This document shows, piece by piece, positions 26,030 through 38,525 of a stretch of DNA of 64,000 nt. The notes below the pieces were generated by a model. The model was not told the origin of the DNA and searched no databases. It saw only the letters and a list, made by a program, of their open reading frames with translations. The position numbers were made by a program, and so were the translations under genes. This DNA is from Vicugna vicugna (Eukaryota): contig MU058059.1 in the NCBI GenBank assembly GCA_013265495.1, positions 496,001 through 560,000 of the forward strand. The letters are read 5' to 3'. Positions within the stretch are counted from its first letter, which is position 1. Each line of letters begins with the position of its first letter.

Positions 26030-26768
26030 GAACTGCTATAAACAGGCCTTTAGAAATGTGGTGGTGAGGTGTCGGGGGGGGAAGCACCCCACAGTCCTAG
26101 GATTAGGTCCCAGTCTCTAGTGAGCCTGTCCTCTGGACTGTGAACATGACAAGTGTTTCTCAGGTTTTGATTCTCGCCCCTCAGGTGGGACAGGATGGTG
26201 CGAGTGGCCTGGAGTTGGGTATCTCCCTTCCCCAGGTCAGACAGCTCCGATAATACCCTAGCACGTCAGGCTCTGCTTCACTGTTTTCTCTCGAGGACAG
26301 GCCTTGTGAAGAACAGCGTGCTCTGCCGTATTTCAACATGTTTCCCATTCCTCTCCCTCTGCCGGGAGCCCAAGGAATTTTTCTCAAATATTTACTGTGG
26401 GAATCTGATAGAATTCCTGCAGGTAAATTTCACAATATTTGGGGGCCCTCCCTAGGACGGAGTTCTGCTGGAGTTTTTAACTCGGAGATTCGTCTCCACT
26501 GAGCCTCCAGCAATTCATCACTTCTACTTCGGGGCTTCCTACTCTGGCACAGGTCTCTGCTTGTGAGTGTGCTCTGGGGAGCCCGGGTGACCTGTATTCA
26601 CCTACCCGTCCCTCTAATCTTAGGGGCAGTGATTTACTACTGCATCCTCCCCTCTAACGGATCCAAGAAGAATTGCTGGGTTTTTAGAGTACTTTGCTTT
26701 TTATTTGTTGTTAGGATGGAGTGACAGCTTCCCAGCTCCTTACATGGGAAACTGGAAACTGGAAGTCC
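26030..26768 (-). mobile_element. L1MC/MD-type 5'UTR reaching the element's 5' terminus
   Basis: ttgttaggatggagtgacagcttcccagctccttacatgg...actggaagtc is the typical antisense L1M4/MC 5' end. Confidence 0.75.
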
Positions 26769-27194
26769 CTGCTTACTCTCTTAACAGATCATTAACTTCA
26801 CAATGGACTGTGGTAGCTTCCTAGAGATTTGCAGTAGGAGATTAGAAAGAACTAAGCCAACCGTCGATCCTGCTATACATTCAACACAGTTACAGCATCT
26901 GAGCTCTGGGGTAAAAAGGGCCTGACCCAAGGGCAGACAAACAAATGCCTAGTGTTTTGTCACCTGTTTTTCTGTTATGTAACTGTTCTTTGCCTGTGAC
27001 ACTCATCCATGTTCTTGTGAACTCCATTCTTGTATGTAGGTGACAAAGTTAAATTTACAAGAATTGCAACTTTTTTTTTTGAAACAGGAAAAGAAATCTG
27101 TTTTGGCATTTTAGTTTTTATATTCTTCTGTATTACATTAGCCCTAAAACTAGAAAAGTCAAATGAGAACACAAGCTATCCACTCTGAATATAT

Positions 27195-27415
27195 CGTTTT
27201 GATATCCATTTTTACTATGCACCAGGCACCGTGCTATTTTATAGATATGTGATCTCATTTTACCTTTACCCCAGCCTCGGACGTAGGTTGTCACAATGTT
27301 TATTCTATGAAAGGAAAACTGAAACATAGATAGGCTGAAATACTTAAGAGGTAGGAAGTTCTGGAGTCAGTACTGGAACACAGATATGATCAGTTCCAGA
27401 GCCCACAGTCTCAAC
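27195..27415 (-). mobile_element. MIR SINE
   Basis: tactatgcaccaggcaccgtgcta; ggaaaactgaaacatagataggctgaa; gttccagagccca. Confidence 0.75.
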
Positions 27416-27784
27416 ATATAAATGCAAAATTATCATCATTGTAATTTCTTCACTTTTTGAATGAGGAAAGTAAGACCTCAAGATATTTAATGATTAAGTC
27501 TAATTATGCAGGGCCACAGAACACAGTTGTTCAGGTTGTGCATTCCACAAACCTCAGGGCATTAGATGTATCATGCTGCTAGAACAAAACTGGTTTAATG
27601 CATTTTCTTCATGGCAGCCCTGCAAATATTTGTAGATTCCTATCACGTGAACCTAAAACCCTACGTAACTGCTCTTAATTTTTACTCATATGATTCCAAT
27701 TTCTTATCAAGTTCTCTTCAGTTCTGATATAGTTAGATTCACTTGTCACAGCCTGCATCATGTCCTGGTATCTGTGAGGTATCA

Positions 27785-28310
27785 GCTGAATTTTTCAAAA
27801 TTTTTCATAAGGTAAAGTTCACCTTTTGCAGCAAACAGTTTCGTGAGTTGTAACGAAGGCATAGAGTCGTGTGTCTACCAAGCCAGTACTCAACAAGGGT
27901 CACCAACAACCTTGGTTTGCCTGGAAGTAAGAGGCATTCCTGGCATGGAGGCCTTGCAGCTGTAAAACCTGGACAGTCCTGGGAAAACTAAGATGAGCAT
28001 TTGGTCAGCCTACTTCTATCGCCCTACCACTCCTCCCCTGCAATCCCTTGTTGTCAGCCCCGTCTCCAAGCCTCAGCCCCTGGCAACCACCCATCTAGGT
28101 GCCATCTCTGTAGCTTTGTTTTTTCCAGAAATGTCATATAAATGGGGTCATATCACATAATATGTATCTTTTGGGGCTGGCCCTGTTACCCAGTTCTTTG
28201 ATGGCTTTAAGAAAAGTCATTAATTTGCAGTTTGTCCAGCTTTTTTCTTATTGTAGGGGTAGGTGTGTTGCTCTTTTTCCAGCTCTCTCCATTTCTGAGC
28301 TGAAGCCACT
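27785..28310 (-). mobile_element. L1M 3'UTR joined directly to an L1M 5' terminus, with MER81 nested
   Basis: cccctggcaaccacccatct...ttttccagaaatgtcatataaatgg (3'UTR), then ccagttctttgatggc...aagaaaagtcattaatttgcagtttgtccagc (5' end). Confidence 0.7.
27895..28012. mobile_element. MER81 (hAT-Blackjack MITE)
   Basis: Terminal inverted repeats (TIRs) aagggtcaccaa...ttggtcagccta, internal ggtttgcctgg / cagtcctgggaaaac; about 118 bp. Confidence 0.75.
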
Positions 28311-29730
28311 CATCTACTTTTTAAATGAAGGGAAAAAATGTCTTAAACAACATAAAACCCAAATGGTGATCTAACTTCATGAATTTCTCACATATGCTTA
28401 GCAAAATGAAATACATGACAGTTTGATAGCTTTTTTTCCAAAGATGATGCAAGAAAAGGAGAAAGCCACAACAAAAGGAGGATATGAAAATGTTCAAAGT
28501 CATAGAAAATCCACAATGCAGACCTATGTGCTACCCTGACTACTGGAAGACAATGGTCCCTGTGTGACCATTTGTGGGGGGGAATACAGGTTGAAGCAGC
28601 TCTCCGCTAGCTGTTACTGCACTCTGCTATTGCCAATTAAAGACCAATGTTTCAAGGACAACTGTGACTGGTATCATAATTCTCTTTACATGGTGCTGTA
28701 AGGGACAAACTGTTGGCAATTGCTGTTTCCTAATTGACTTATCTCCTCACAACAATAATAAAATTACTACTCAGCAACCTTGTGAATGATTACAAATGAC
28801 TGCAATAAGCAAAAGGTATGCAACCTCATAACTGCACAGTCAAGGCATTTCCAGATTAATCAAACAAATCAGTAATAAACAAATGATGCATTTCTTTTCA
28901 CAAATAGAAATGTATATTGTTCTCTGTCCCCACCCCCTCTGTAGGTTTGAAAATGTGAAAGGAAATCATGGTCCTCTTCAGAACGCTGCCACTGCACCAC
29001 GTAGCACAGATCTGAGATTTGCATGTTTAAGCCTCCTTTATTAAATACAAGAGTAATAATTTTGTGTCAATATTTAAAGAGAGAAATTTTACCCAGGGTA
29101 GCTGATGAGAAAGGGAAAAGACAAATATTGTGTAATTCAGACTTCCAAATAATTTTCAGAAATCAAAGCTGGCAAAAAAAAAAAGTTTTTGTTTTGTTTT
29201 GTTTTGTTCTCATTTCAGCAACATCAGCAGAAGCACATCAAACCCTAAGGTCATACTGATAAAAGCAAGGCAGGCCCACTCCTCTCCCCTATTTTAGGTA
29301 ACACAGACCCTAAGGTACAGTGAGAAACACCAGAACACAAAGAAACACACACACACACACGAATTCACTGGCTAAATCTGGGTACAGAATGGGAACTACA
29401 CTTGGGAACAAGACAGGAAAGTCCAGTTGCCAGAACTGATTTGACTTGATGTCAATTCTATAGAGTTTGGTCAGCATGAGACCCTTTCCAACATAAGGAT
29501 TTCAAAGCTAAGCCTGGAGTTGTAAATAGAACAGCTTTAGAAGGTAAAAAGTACAGGTGACAGAAGTTGCTAACCTGACCAAGTCTACAAGAGCTGGCGA
29601 AAAGGCACAAGTATGCTTGCTAAGTACATCCATAATGCCTGCTCAACGCACCCTTTGAAATCAATCTCAAAGAGACTGTCCTAGTATAACTGTAAGAGGC
29701 CAAGCTGTCTTGAGGATTTCAAGCTCACCT

Positions 29731-30245
29731 TGTGAGGCACATGACACTAGCTGCCTACTCCAGCATCCACTTTGCTTCTTGTAACAGAACCCCACATTTT
29801 AGCTGGGCACACTGCCTCCTGAGGCCAGAGACTGTTCCCCGTCCTACCTAACAGCTGTATGTGACATGTGACCAAATTCTGGCCAATGAGGTGTAAACAG
29901 ACATGAGGGACTTCCAGGCTCTCTGAAAGGGGAGGGGGGCCAGTCTTCTCCCCCTTTTGCCCCTTTTGTTGCTTAGAGAATAGAAATGAAGAATGGAGGA
30001 GCTCCACAATTTTTCATGGACAGAGGGTTAACCTTGACAATGGAAGAGATGTGTGGAAGAGGGTGGAGGAGAAAAGGGCAAGAAAAACAGAAACCCTAAA
30101 TCACTGACAGAAGAGCCACCATACCTGCCCTGGGTGGCGTATCTGCAGACTGTGTTCCTGTGAAGAAGAAATAGACTTCTATCTTAAAAGAAAAAAGTTT
30201 TCTTCTCGACACTGTTGTCATATAAAGCCAAACTTAATCCTAAAA
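29731..30245 (+). mobile_element. MaLR LTR (MLT1J-like)
   Basis: ttttagctgggcac; catgtgaccaaattctggccaatgag; agaaatagacttctatctt; aagccaaacttaatcctaa. Confidence 0.8.
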
Positions 30246-30403
30246 AGCAGCCTGTATCTGTTTTAGACTATGGCGTGTTACCATGAGACTTGTGTGTGTG
30301 TATGTAGTTGGTTGGTGGCAACGTAACTAGAATTCATAGGTTTTCAGAGTCATGAATCATTTTTAAAAACTTATTATGTTATATCTATGAACTTATATGT
30401 CCC

Positions 30404-31450
30404 TGCCACGGTCAGGTTTACCTGTTAGCTTGACAAGGCTACAATTCCAGTTATGTAATCAATCACTAACACAGGTGATGCTATCAGTTATCTTGAAAAT
30501 TTAACTTAAGTCCCTAATCAGTTGACTTGAAGTAAGGAAAATTACCCTGGACATTTTGGGTATGTCTGATCAAATGACTCAAAAGTCCCTAAAAGGAGCC
30601 TCAGGATTCCTGATGAAGTGACAACTCCATCTGTGGATGGCTATTCCAGCTCCCCTCTCCTGTCTGCCCTTCCTCACAGCCCATCCAACAATTTCCAACA
30701 TGCTGAAACAGGAGGGAAGAGGGCAAGGCACAACCATTCAAAGAATAACTGATGAGAGGACATAAACTGGTTAGAACCAACTCGGCTCAAGATGACGGAA
30801 GACTCGACTTCCAGTGGACCTTGAGCCCTATTATATGCTCATTCTAATTCTCTATATTCTCATTAGCACGCTATAGGACACACCCACAGATGCCATGACA
30901 GTTCTGAGGCTGGCCATAAAAGGTCAAAAAGTGGCAATGGACTGATTTCTGGAAATCCCAACCCCTTTCCCAAAACAGCTAGAATAATCTTCCTACTTGT
31001 TAGCATATGAAATTACCAAGCCCATAAAAACTAACCACTCCTGCACCCCACCCCTCGCCTTTTGAGATGGCCTGCACCTGCCTTTGGAATGTGTGTCTCC
31101 TGTGGCTGTTCTCGCTGCCCTAGATGACCCCACGCTCTGGGGCCACCACTCCCCCTTCTGAGCAGCACGGACTGCATTCTGTCCATGGAATGTGTATCTC
31201 CTAGGGCCACCTCTCTTGCCTGCTGAGACGGACTACACTCTGTCTGTGGAGTATGTATGTCCCTGAATAAAGCTACTTTCACTTTACTATGGCTCTCTCT
31301 TGAATTCCTTCCTGCACAAGACAATAATCTATTCTCCGGCAACAATGCCAAGCCAGTCCCACAAATCACATAAACCAACTCTGTGTAATAAATCCCTTAA
31401 TATGTATCTCCTCCTGGTTCTGTTTTCCTGGTTCAATCTTGACAGATACA
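30404..31450 (+). mobile_element. MLT2-type ERVL LTR, interrupted by a younger ERV LTR
   Basis: gcttgacaaggcta...taatcagttgacttgaagtaagga; ends ctggttctgttttcctgg...tgacagataca. Confidence 0.8.
30704..31344 (+). mobile_element. ERV1-class solo LTR
   Basis: TG...CA termini, 4-bp TSD ATGC at 30700-30703 and 31345-31348, CATAAAAA at about 31023, AATAAA at 31266. Confidence 0.85.
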
Positions 31451-32211
31451 GTCCAAATCAAAAAGAATAAAAATAAAGAACAATGTTTTTTATAGAAAGG
31501 GAGATGAATTCTAGGAAGAAATTTAGCTCTGATTTTTACTCTATCACATGTAAGTTACAACTTGAGAAACATTTTCTTTCTCCCTCCTTTAGCCTCAGAA
31601 AACTTGCCATCTTCAGTAAAGTTACTCTTCGCTTCTTTGTTTCTCTAGGTACTCTCTCAGATGATTTCATCTCATGACATTGCATGGAATCAATTTCACC
31701 CACATTTTCCTATTAAGACCACAGCCAATGGAAAAACCCCATTCTGACTTAGGAAGGAGCATTTATTATATAGACAGCTCATTTTGATTCGGCTACTCCA
31801 CGAATTTAGTCTATCAATTTCTAAGATAGAGTCTGCAAATGGTTTCTAACATTCACAAATTAGCTCTAGGATTGATTCCAGAAGTCATGTTAGGGTCTTT
31901 GCTCAGATTCTTTGTTCTAACAGGTAAGAGAACAGAGTGTGTATTTTGAGCCTTGACTACTGAGACTCTGCGTGTCTGTTATGCTAATTATCTCCTGGGT
32001 GGGCCGCTGGAGTCCACTGGTCACAGTAAGTGGCTGGAGCCTGAATCACTGTGATGTTTTAAAGTATTTTAAGGATAGTAGATACTCAAGACAATTTGAC
32101 ACCGGAATCAGTGTATTTCCTTTGATCTGATTTCCCCAAAGAGTGTTTTTGGAATACAAAGTGATGGACATGTTAGTTGGTTTATAAGAAGAAGAAATAA
32201 AAGATTTCCTA

Positions 32212-32513
32212 GTTGTATGGACTGAGTGTGTGTGGCCAGAAGTCAAATCTACTCCCCAACGTGATAGTATTAGGAGGCAGGGCCTTTGGGAGGCAAATCT
32301 GGTCTTGAAGGTGGAACCTCCTGAATGGGGTGAATGTCCTTCCAAGAAGACGGCAGAGGGCTTGCCTGCACTCTTCCCACAAAGCGAACGCACAGTGAGG
32401 AGTCAGCAGGCTGCAACCCAAGACAGGCCCTCCCCAGCACCTGACGATGCTACGAGCACGCCGATCTCAGACTTCCGAGACTCCAGAATTGTAAGAAACA
32501 AATGTCTATTGTT
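32212..32513 (+). mobile_element. MaLR LTR (MLT1A-like), 3'-truncated
   Basis: ccccaacgtgatagtattaggaggcagggcctttgggagg; gatctcagacttcc...ctccagaattgtaagaaacaaatgtctattgtt. Confidence 0.85.
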
Positions 32514-33077
32514 ATTGCAATCATCTGAAATGATTAAAACAACAGTCAAGCAATTTGGGGAAACAGTGGGTTAAAGTGAAAAGATTAAAGTCTCTATTGC
32601 AGGACCCCTGAAAGCCCCTGACCTGCTCACACGCAGTGTGCACTAGCCAGAGGGCGGTCTGCGCACAGCACTTCCCACCCTGCAGAAGCCAGCGTGGGGC
32701 AGGCCGCCCCAGGTAACCTATCTGATGGACTGCTGCCACCTGGGATGGTCTTCACCCCAGGAGCTCCTACTAATGTGGGACAAGTTAGCTTATTCCAACT
32801 AATACATCTTATTATTATATCTTATTACCTTATTTATTCCAAGTAACATGACATCAAATACTATGAATTCATCTACCTATCACTGATATTTAGAATTCAA
32901 CACTGAGAATTCCTGAATCATCTTAGATAATAGATATCACTTCTGCTACATCTACAAAATGAACTTAAGAGACTTTGCGACATCTTATTCATAGTTTTAC
33001 TTCTGTTTCTAAACGCCAAGTATTTTCATTTCAGTTGCCTCCAATGCCTGCTGCATACAGAAGCTATCATTCACCTT

Positions 33078-33222
33078 TGTTTTTTTTAACACCTTTATTG
33101 TGGTATAATTCCTGTAAACTACACGTATTTCAGATGCTCAATTTGATGAATTCTGAGAGATCCATACATCTATGAAACCGCCACCACAATCAAGACAGCT
33201 AACATTTCTATCACTCCCCAAG
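33078..33222 (-). mobile_element. L1MD/ME 3' tail
   Basis: ctttattgtggtataatt...tttgatgaattctga...gaaaccgccaccacaatcaagacagctaacatttctatcactccc. Confidence 0.8.
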
Positions 33223-36129
33223 AGGTACAAATTTCGAACTCCTAATTTAGCCCTTCTTTTTTTCACTTCTTGCTCAAAGCTTTTACAACATCTTGGAAAT
33301 GGGCAGAAACCTTGTAGGATTTTAAATAATGGGCCTACTAGTCTAATCTCTATGAGGCTAACATTCATGCAAAAATTTGTTTCTGATTTTGAAAATGTGA
33401 GGTTTTTGTATGACTAGCAAGAGCTGGGGTTTTCACCAGGAAAGGGAAGGGTGTCATCGCTCGTCGAATTAGACAGAGTTTTAGCTCATCTACGAGGAAT
33501 AAGGGTGCATTGCCCAAATCTGGCATGACTATAGCATTTGTGTATCTAGTACTCATCCATTTCTTCTCTGTGTTCTATTGTGATCTCCTAAGCAGCATTT
33601 TCAACTCACATCTCTACTTGCTGTGAGGACTACAAATTGGAGATGTACACGTGGACAGCATCAGTGCCTGGCTGGGAGCACGCCAGGACTAGAACAGGCA
33701 TTACTGAGGATATATGGTGCTATCACATCTTCACTGCTGAAGCCTAACATAATTCTCTAGAGAAAGTGAAAGTGCATCTAGTTACAGTAAAAAAAAAAAA
33801 ATCATACTGACTCAGAAAAAAATTAAGGTATAATTCGATATATTACAAAACTTCCCTAAAAAAAGGTGTCACTTCCTCCCCACAGTCGCCTCAAAGGTTC
33901 TAATAAGATTTGTCACCTTTCTTATTTAAAAAACACAAACTTTAATTTTCCTTTTCAATAGTCTCAAGCTAAAATAAATCGGATATGTATTGTATGGATT
34001 AAGGACAGACTTTAATTCTACTTTAAAATATTAAATTTGTTTGAAAAGCCCTGTAAATCGATTCTCTTTTATTCAGACAACTTATCTGACGTTCTAAAAA
34101 ATAACTTTTTTCAAAAATATGCTAAAGCAATGTCATTTTTAAAATAGTACAACTAACTTGTAAAATATCTTAAAATTTCCCCTTATTTTTCCGTATTTTT
34201 TTGAGGAGGAGATAACAAAAATAAATACATTGCTTTAAAACACAGCAGAGAAACTTACCCCCTCAAAAAAATCATTGGTTATCCTGCAGCCACTGGAGAT
34301 AACAAAAAAGCATTTGTTCCCTCTCTTCATTCTTTCCTCGTGACTCTGTCATATCTTTATAAAGACATTCATTCTGTATCTGTAAGGTTACGTGCAAATC
34401 ATGTAAGGCCATGACCTCCAAAGTTTACTCCCAGAGCAACGCAAAAAGGGACTCAGTGCACAAAACCAATGGAAAATATAAAACAAGCTGCCTGGTGGTT
34501 TGTTATTGTCTTCCATAATACATTAAGAAAGGTACTTCTTCCCCTCACCCTGTCCTTTCTCTCATACGCTACACCTTACATCTGAATCTGTCTCCTCCAC
34601 AAACTGCAGAGAAACAACCCAAAACCTTTCTCAGGCTACGGCCTCACATTTTCCCATATCTCCTCATTTTGTCATATTGCCCAAAGGACCTCCAAGGTGG
34701 GGAGAACAGTAAACCCCACAATTTGTTTTAGAGCACCAAAGAAATGCCTAGTAAAAATCTGAACTATGAAGAGTTATTCTCAATACACTATTTTGTAATG
34801 CTATTAGTCTTACCCATGTGCAATGGGGGTGTTTACTCCTTATCTTACTGATCTTTACATGCATTCCAGTGTTCAATCAGTTGTATGAGTAGCAAAAAAT
34901 AATTTTTCCCAAATTTATCATTCACATATGTCAATTATCCATACATTTCCTTCACCTATCTGTCTACTTGGGTCTTGGTTATTTACATATGTATTTCAAT
35001 TCATTGTCAGTTATACAAATTGCAAACAGTTTGCTCAGTTTCCATTTTCAGGTCATTCATAACAACTTGTCCAAACGGAAGTATGAAATTTCCTATTATA
35101 TGTCCACATGCCGTGTTCATAATAACATTGATGTATATTTCTTCCAGCACTCCTTTGGTTTTTTCTTGGCGTTAAGTATGAACTAAAGGACCTGACTTTA
35201 ATTTCTCCACTTGGTGTACTGTCACCATTAATAAATAAGGAAAACCGAGAGGCTTTCCTTTGGTTGCTCAAATCTTAAGAAGCCGAAATAACCTAAGAAG
35301 TACCTTTGCATAAGTGTTTGAATAAATCTATTTGTAAATCAGGCTGGGTCTAGGCCTTTCTAGATGTTATTTGAGAAAAATAACCTTCATGACTTTCCCT
35401 CCTTCTCTATTTGTTGTGGTTTTCTGGTTTTGTTTTTGTTTTTTGAGCCTGTTCTTATAATTTCTTTTAAAAACACAGAAAGGTGTAAGTAATCTCAGAA
35501 AAGGGAATAATGTTGACACTGGGGGATGGTTTTTCAATATCTCCTCTAATACCACCAATCATCTGTTCTCACCCTTCCGGGCTGAGAAACTGTGAAGGAT
35601 TTGTCAGCATCCAGGACAAAGAAGGTGTGTTCTGTTTATGGCTTTATGTGGTTAATGCTTATTTTGTGGTGGGTTCTCATCTTCCTTTTCTACCAGTTTG
35701 TCTGGGATGTTTGCCTGACCTAGAGCACCTGTAGGAACCACCGGGCTGACCACCCTCACTCCATGCTTTCTGTCTGCCATGGCACTGGTTGGTGTAGGAT
35801 CAATCAGAGACTCGGCATTTGCCTCAAAAAATACTAAGGCTAATCAGTCTACTGCCCAGACCACATATTTTAGCCCAGTTAACCAGAGTTCAGATTAGAC
35901 TACAGCCCAGCCCTGCTTGAGTGCTGTAATGCATTTGTGTTTCTGTGTTATTATTCTCTGGTAAGCATCTCCCTTGAGAGCCTCTTGAAGAGAAGTCTCT
36001 GTAGGATTTGTTTATTCCTAGGTTTTTGGTCCTAATACCATTTAGTCAAATACAAATTCACCACAAGTTCTCATAAACATTATGTGTAAGGGCTTCTAAA
36101 ATCAAAGAGCTTCATGCATTAAAAAAAAT

Positions 36130-36310
36130 ACTGGATGAAGGCTAATATGAATGGAATTTAGAGTAAGGAAAGAAATGGCTGACAATGAGGCTTAAAGGGT
36201 CACGTGGGCCCAGAATATGCAGAACCTCTCTTTTACACTACGTGGAATATTTGTAATTCTATCCTGAGAGCAAGGGGAAGGCTTCTGAGGGTTTTAAACA
36301 AGGGAACAAA
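36130..36310 (-). mobile_element. L2 fragment
   Basis: ttctatcctgagagcaaggggaaggcttctgagggttttaaacaaggga. Confidence 0.7.
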
Positions 36311-37149
36311 ATTATTAACCTTTTAAAAAATTTTTTAATGAAAAGGAATACTCTTAACTTTGTATTGCTTGTTTGATAGCTAGCTTGTGGTTACTTATAA
36401 TTCTGCTGTATTTCTGATTATTTTATTCATATTCTTTTACCTTTTGATTTTACTTTTATTTACAGATTAAAGATTCAAAATGGTATGACAGAGGCCATCA
36501 TTACTGTTGGTTTTGCCCATTTCTATTTTTTTTGTCTCATACATATTGATGTCATTTATTTGGCACCTAAAAGTTTCATGAAAAACGTATCTTTCTTGTA
36601 AAGAGAAATTCTGATTAAAATGCCAAATGCACACAAATCACAGCAAAATGAATGCTTAACCATAATTAAAATGATTTTGCAAGGTTTATGAAATGAATTG
36701 CTTTTTGTCTGGACCTACAATATACAAAGCAAAACTTAAAAGTCCCCATGAAAAACTCACTGGAATTGGAAGAATGTGAAAGAAAAATACTACAATTTTA
36801 TAATCACTTTAGAAGCTTACCTAGCTCTCCAGCTCATTGTCAGTCTCTGTTAGCTGGTCCCCCAGGGATCAATAAAAGCTGTTCTGGTTGGAAAACCCTA
36901 ACTACTAGTGCAGAAAAGAATTGTATTGGGTTTATTTAGTCATGTCATGAAGCCTGCAGGAAGGCACTAAAAATCTCTGATACTCTCCAGAAAAGCAGAA
37001 GCTTATGACATGGGAACTAATGTCCTAAAAAGGCTTTAGTCCTTGAGGGGAAAAAAAACAGTTCAACTACTTTCTAGTGTAGGGAAAGAGAAGATGTGCA
37101 TCCATGGAATATGGCAGATATCCGATGGAATTAAAAGAATTCTTGGGGG

Positions 37150-37540
37150 AGTAAAAAGTCAAATAACTCATTGAAAACAAATGGACAAGGGATCTGAGTA
37201 GACATTTCTCAAAGGAGTATATACACATGGGCATTAAGCACATGGAGCACGTGGGAAGAAGTTAAACTCTATGAGTCATCAGGGAAATGCAAATCAAAAC
37301 CAGAATGAGGTGCCACTGCATGCCACACTAACATGGCTAAAATTTAAAAGGCAGATAAAGACAAAGAGGACAGAGCGGCGGAATGCTGGGACCCTCACGC
37401 ACTGCGAGGGAGGAGGCAGAAGGGTGCAGCTGTTCTGGCAGCTGCTCAGAACACTCTGGTAGTAGCTCAGGATGAAACTTGCTACCTCACGACACAGAAG
37501 TTTCACTCCTAGCTATGTACCCAGATTATAAATGTGTGTT
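37150..37540 (+). mobile_element. L1M ORF2 3' fragment
   Basis: aaatggacaagggatctgagtagacatttctcaaagg; gtcatcagggaaatgcaaatcaaaacca. Confidence 0.85.
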
Positions 37541-37544
37541 TTCT

Positions 37545-37925
37545 CCAGTAGCTACCCAAACTGGTGGCAAAGTGCTGATGCAGAGGTGTCAAGGACAGTT
37601 CTGCTTCACGGGACCATCCCAAGACTAAGAAGTCCTCTATCTTGCTGCCTTGTGTTTTAAGGCGTTTTTGTTCTGGGCCAAAGTTATTTCACATCAGTGT
37701 ATTTGCTTCCCAGGTTTTAGAAAGAAAAAAGAGGAGTTTGGAACAGTGACAGTTCCTTTAAGGAAGCGGCCCTCATTATTTCTATTCATATTCCATGGGT
37801 GAAAACCATCATGTGGACGCCTCTAGCTGCAATGAAAGCTGGGCAGCCATGTTCCCTGGTAAAACCCAGTGAGTTTCCATGGCTCGAGCGGAGGATGGAA
37901 AATGCGGGAGAAAGGCAGATCCCAC
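37545..37925 (-). mobile_element. MaLR LTR fragment (MLT1J-like)
   Basis: tctattcatattccatggg...catgtggacgcctctagctgcaatgaaagctggg. Confidence 0.55.
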
Positions 37926-38250
37926 TCGGTGTCAGTGCCAGAGCTCTGAGACGACCTCATCTGAAGCCCATGGTGATCTACTGGTTGAATGCTTAGTGTT
38001 CTCTTACATTTTACAGAGGCTGAAGTTAAAGCTGGGAAGAAGAAAGTAAGCTTAGATTTATATCTATTATAACCGAAGCCAAGAGATAATTTCTAAGAGA
38101 GATAGGTAAAGAAATAGAATAAACATCAGAAGAAGCACATGCCAGAAGCAACGGCTTTCAAAGCTAAAAACGCCCCTCGGGAACAGCACTTGAGGTTTGG
38201 GGAGGGTGTGAGGGAGACTGCTGATTTTCACTGTTAATAGTTTGGTTTAA

Positions 38251-38525
38251 GAAATAGACTCACAGACATAGAATACAAACTTGTGCTTGCCAAGGGGGTG
38301 GGGGGTGGGAAGAGATAGACTGGGATTTCAGAATTGTAGACTAGATAAACAAGATTATACTGTATAGCGCAGGGAAATATATACAAGATCGTATAGTAGC
38401 TCACAGGGAAAAAAAGGTGAGAATGAATATACATATGTTCATGTATAACTGAAAAACTGTGCTCTACACTGGAATTTGACACAACATTGTAAAATGATTA
38501 CAAATCAATAAAAAATGTTAAAGAA
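38251..38525 (+). mobile_element. Young L1 3' tail (camelid-type)
   Basis: Perfect 12-bp TSD agtttggtttaa at 38239-38250 and 38526-38537; gaaatagactcacagacatagaa...AATAAA. Confidence 0.92.
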
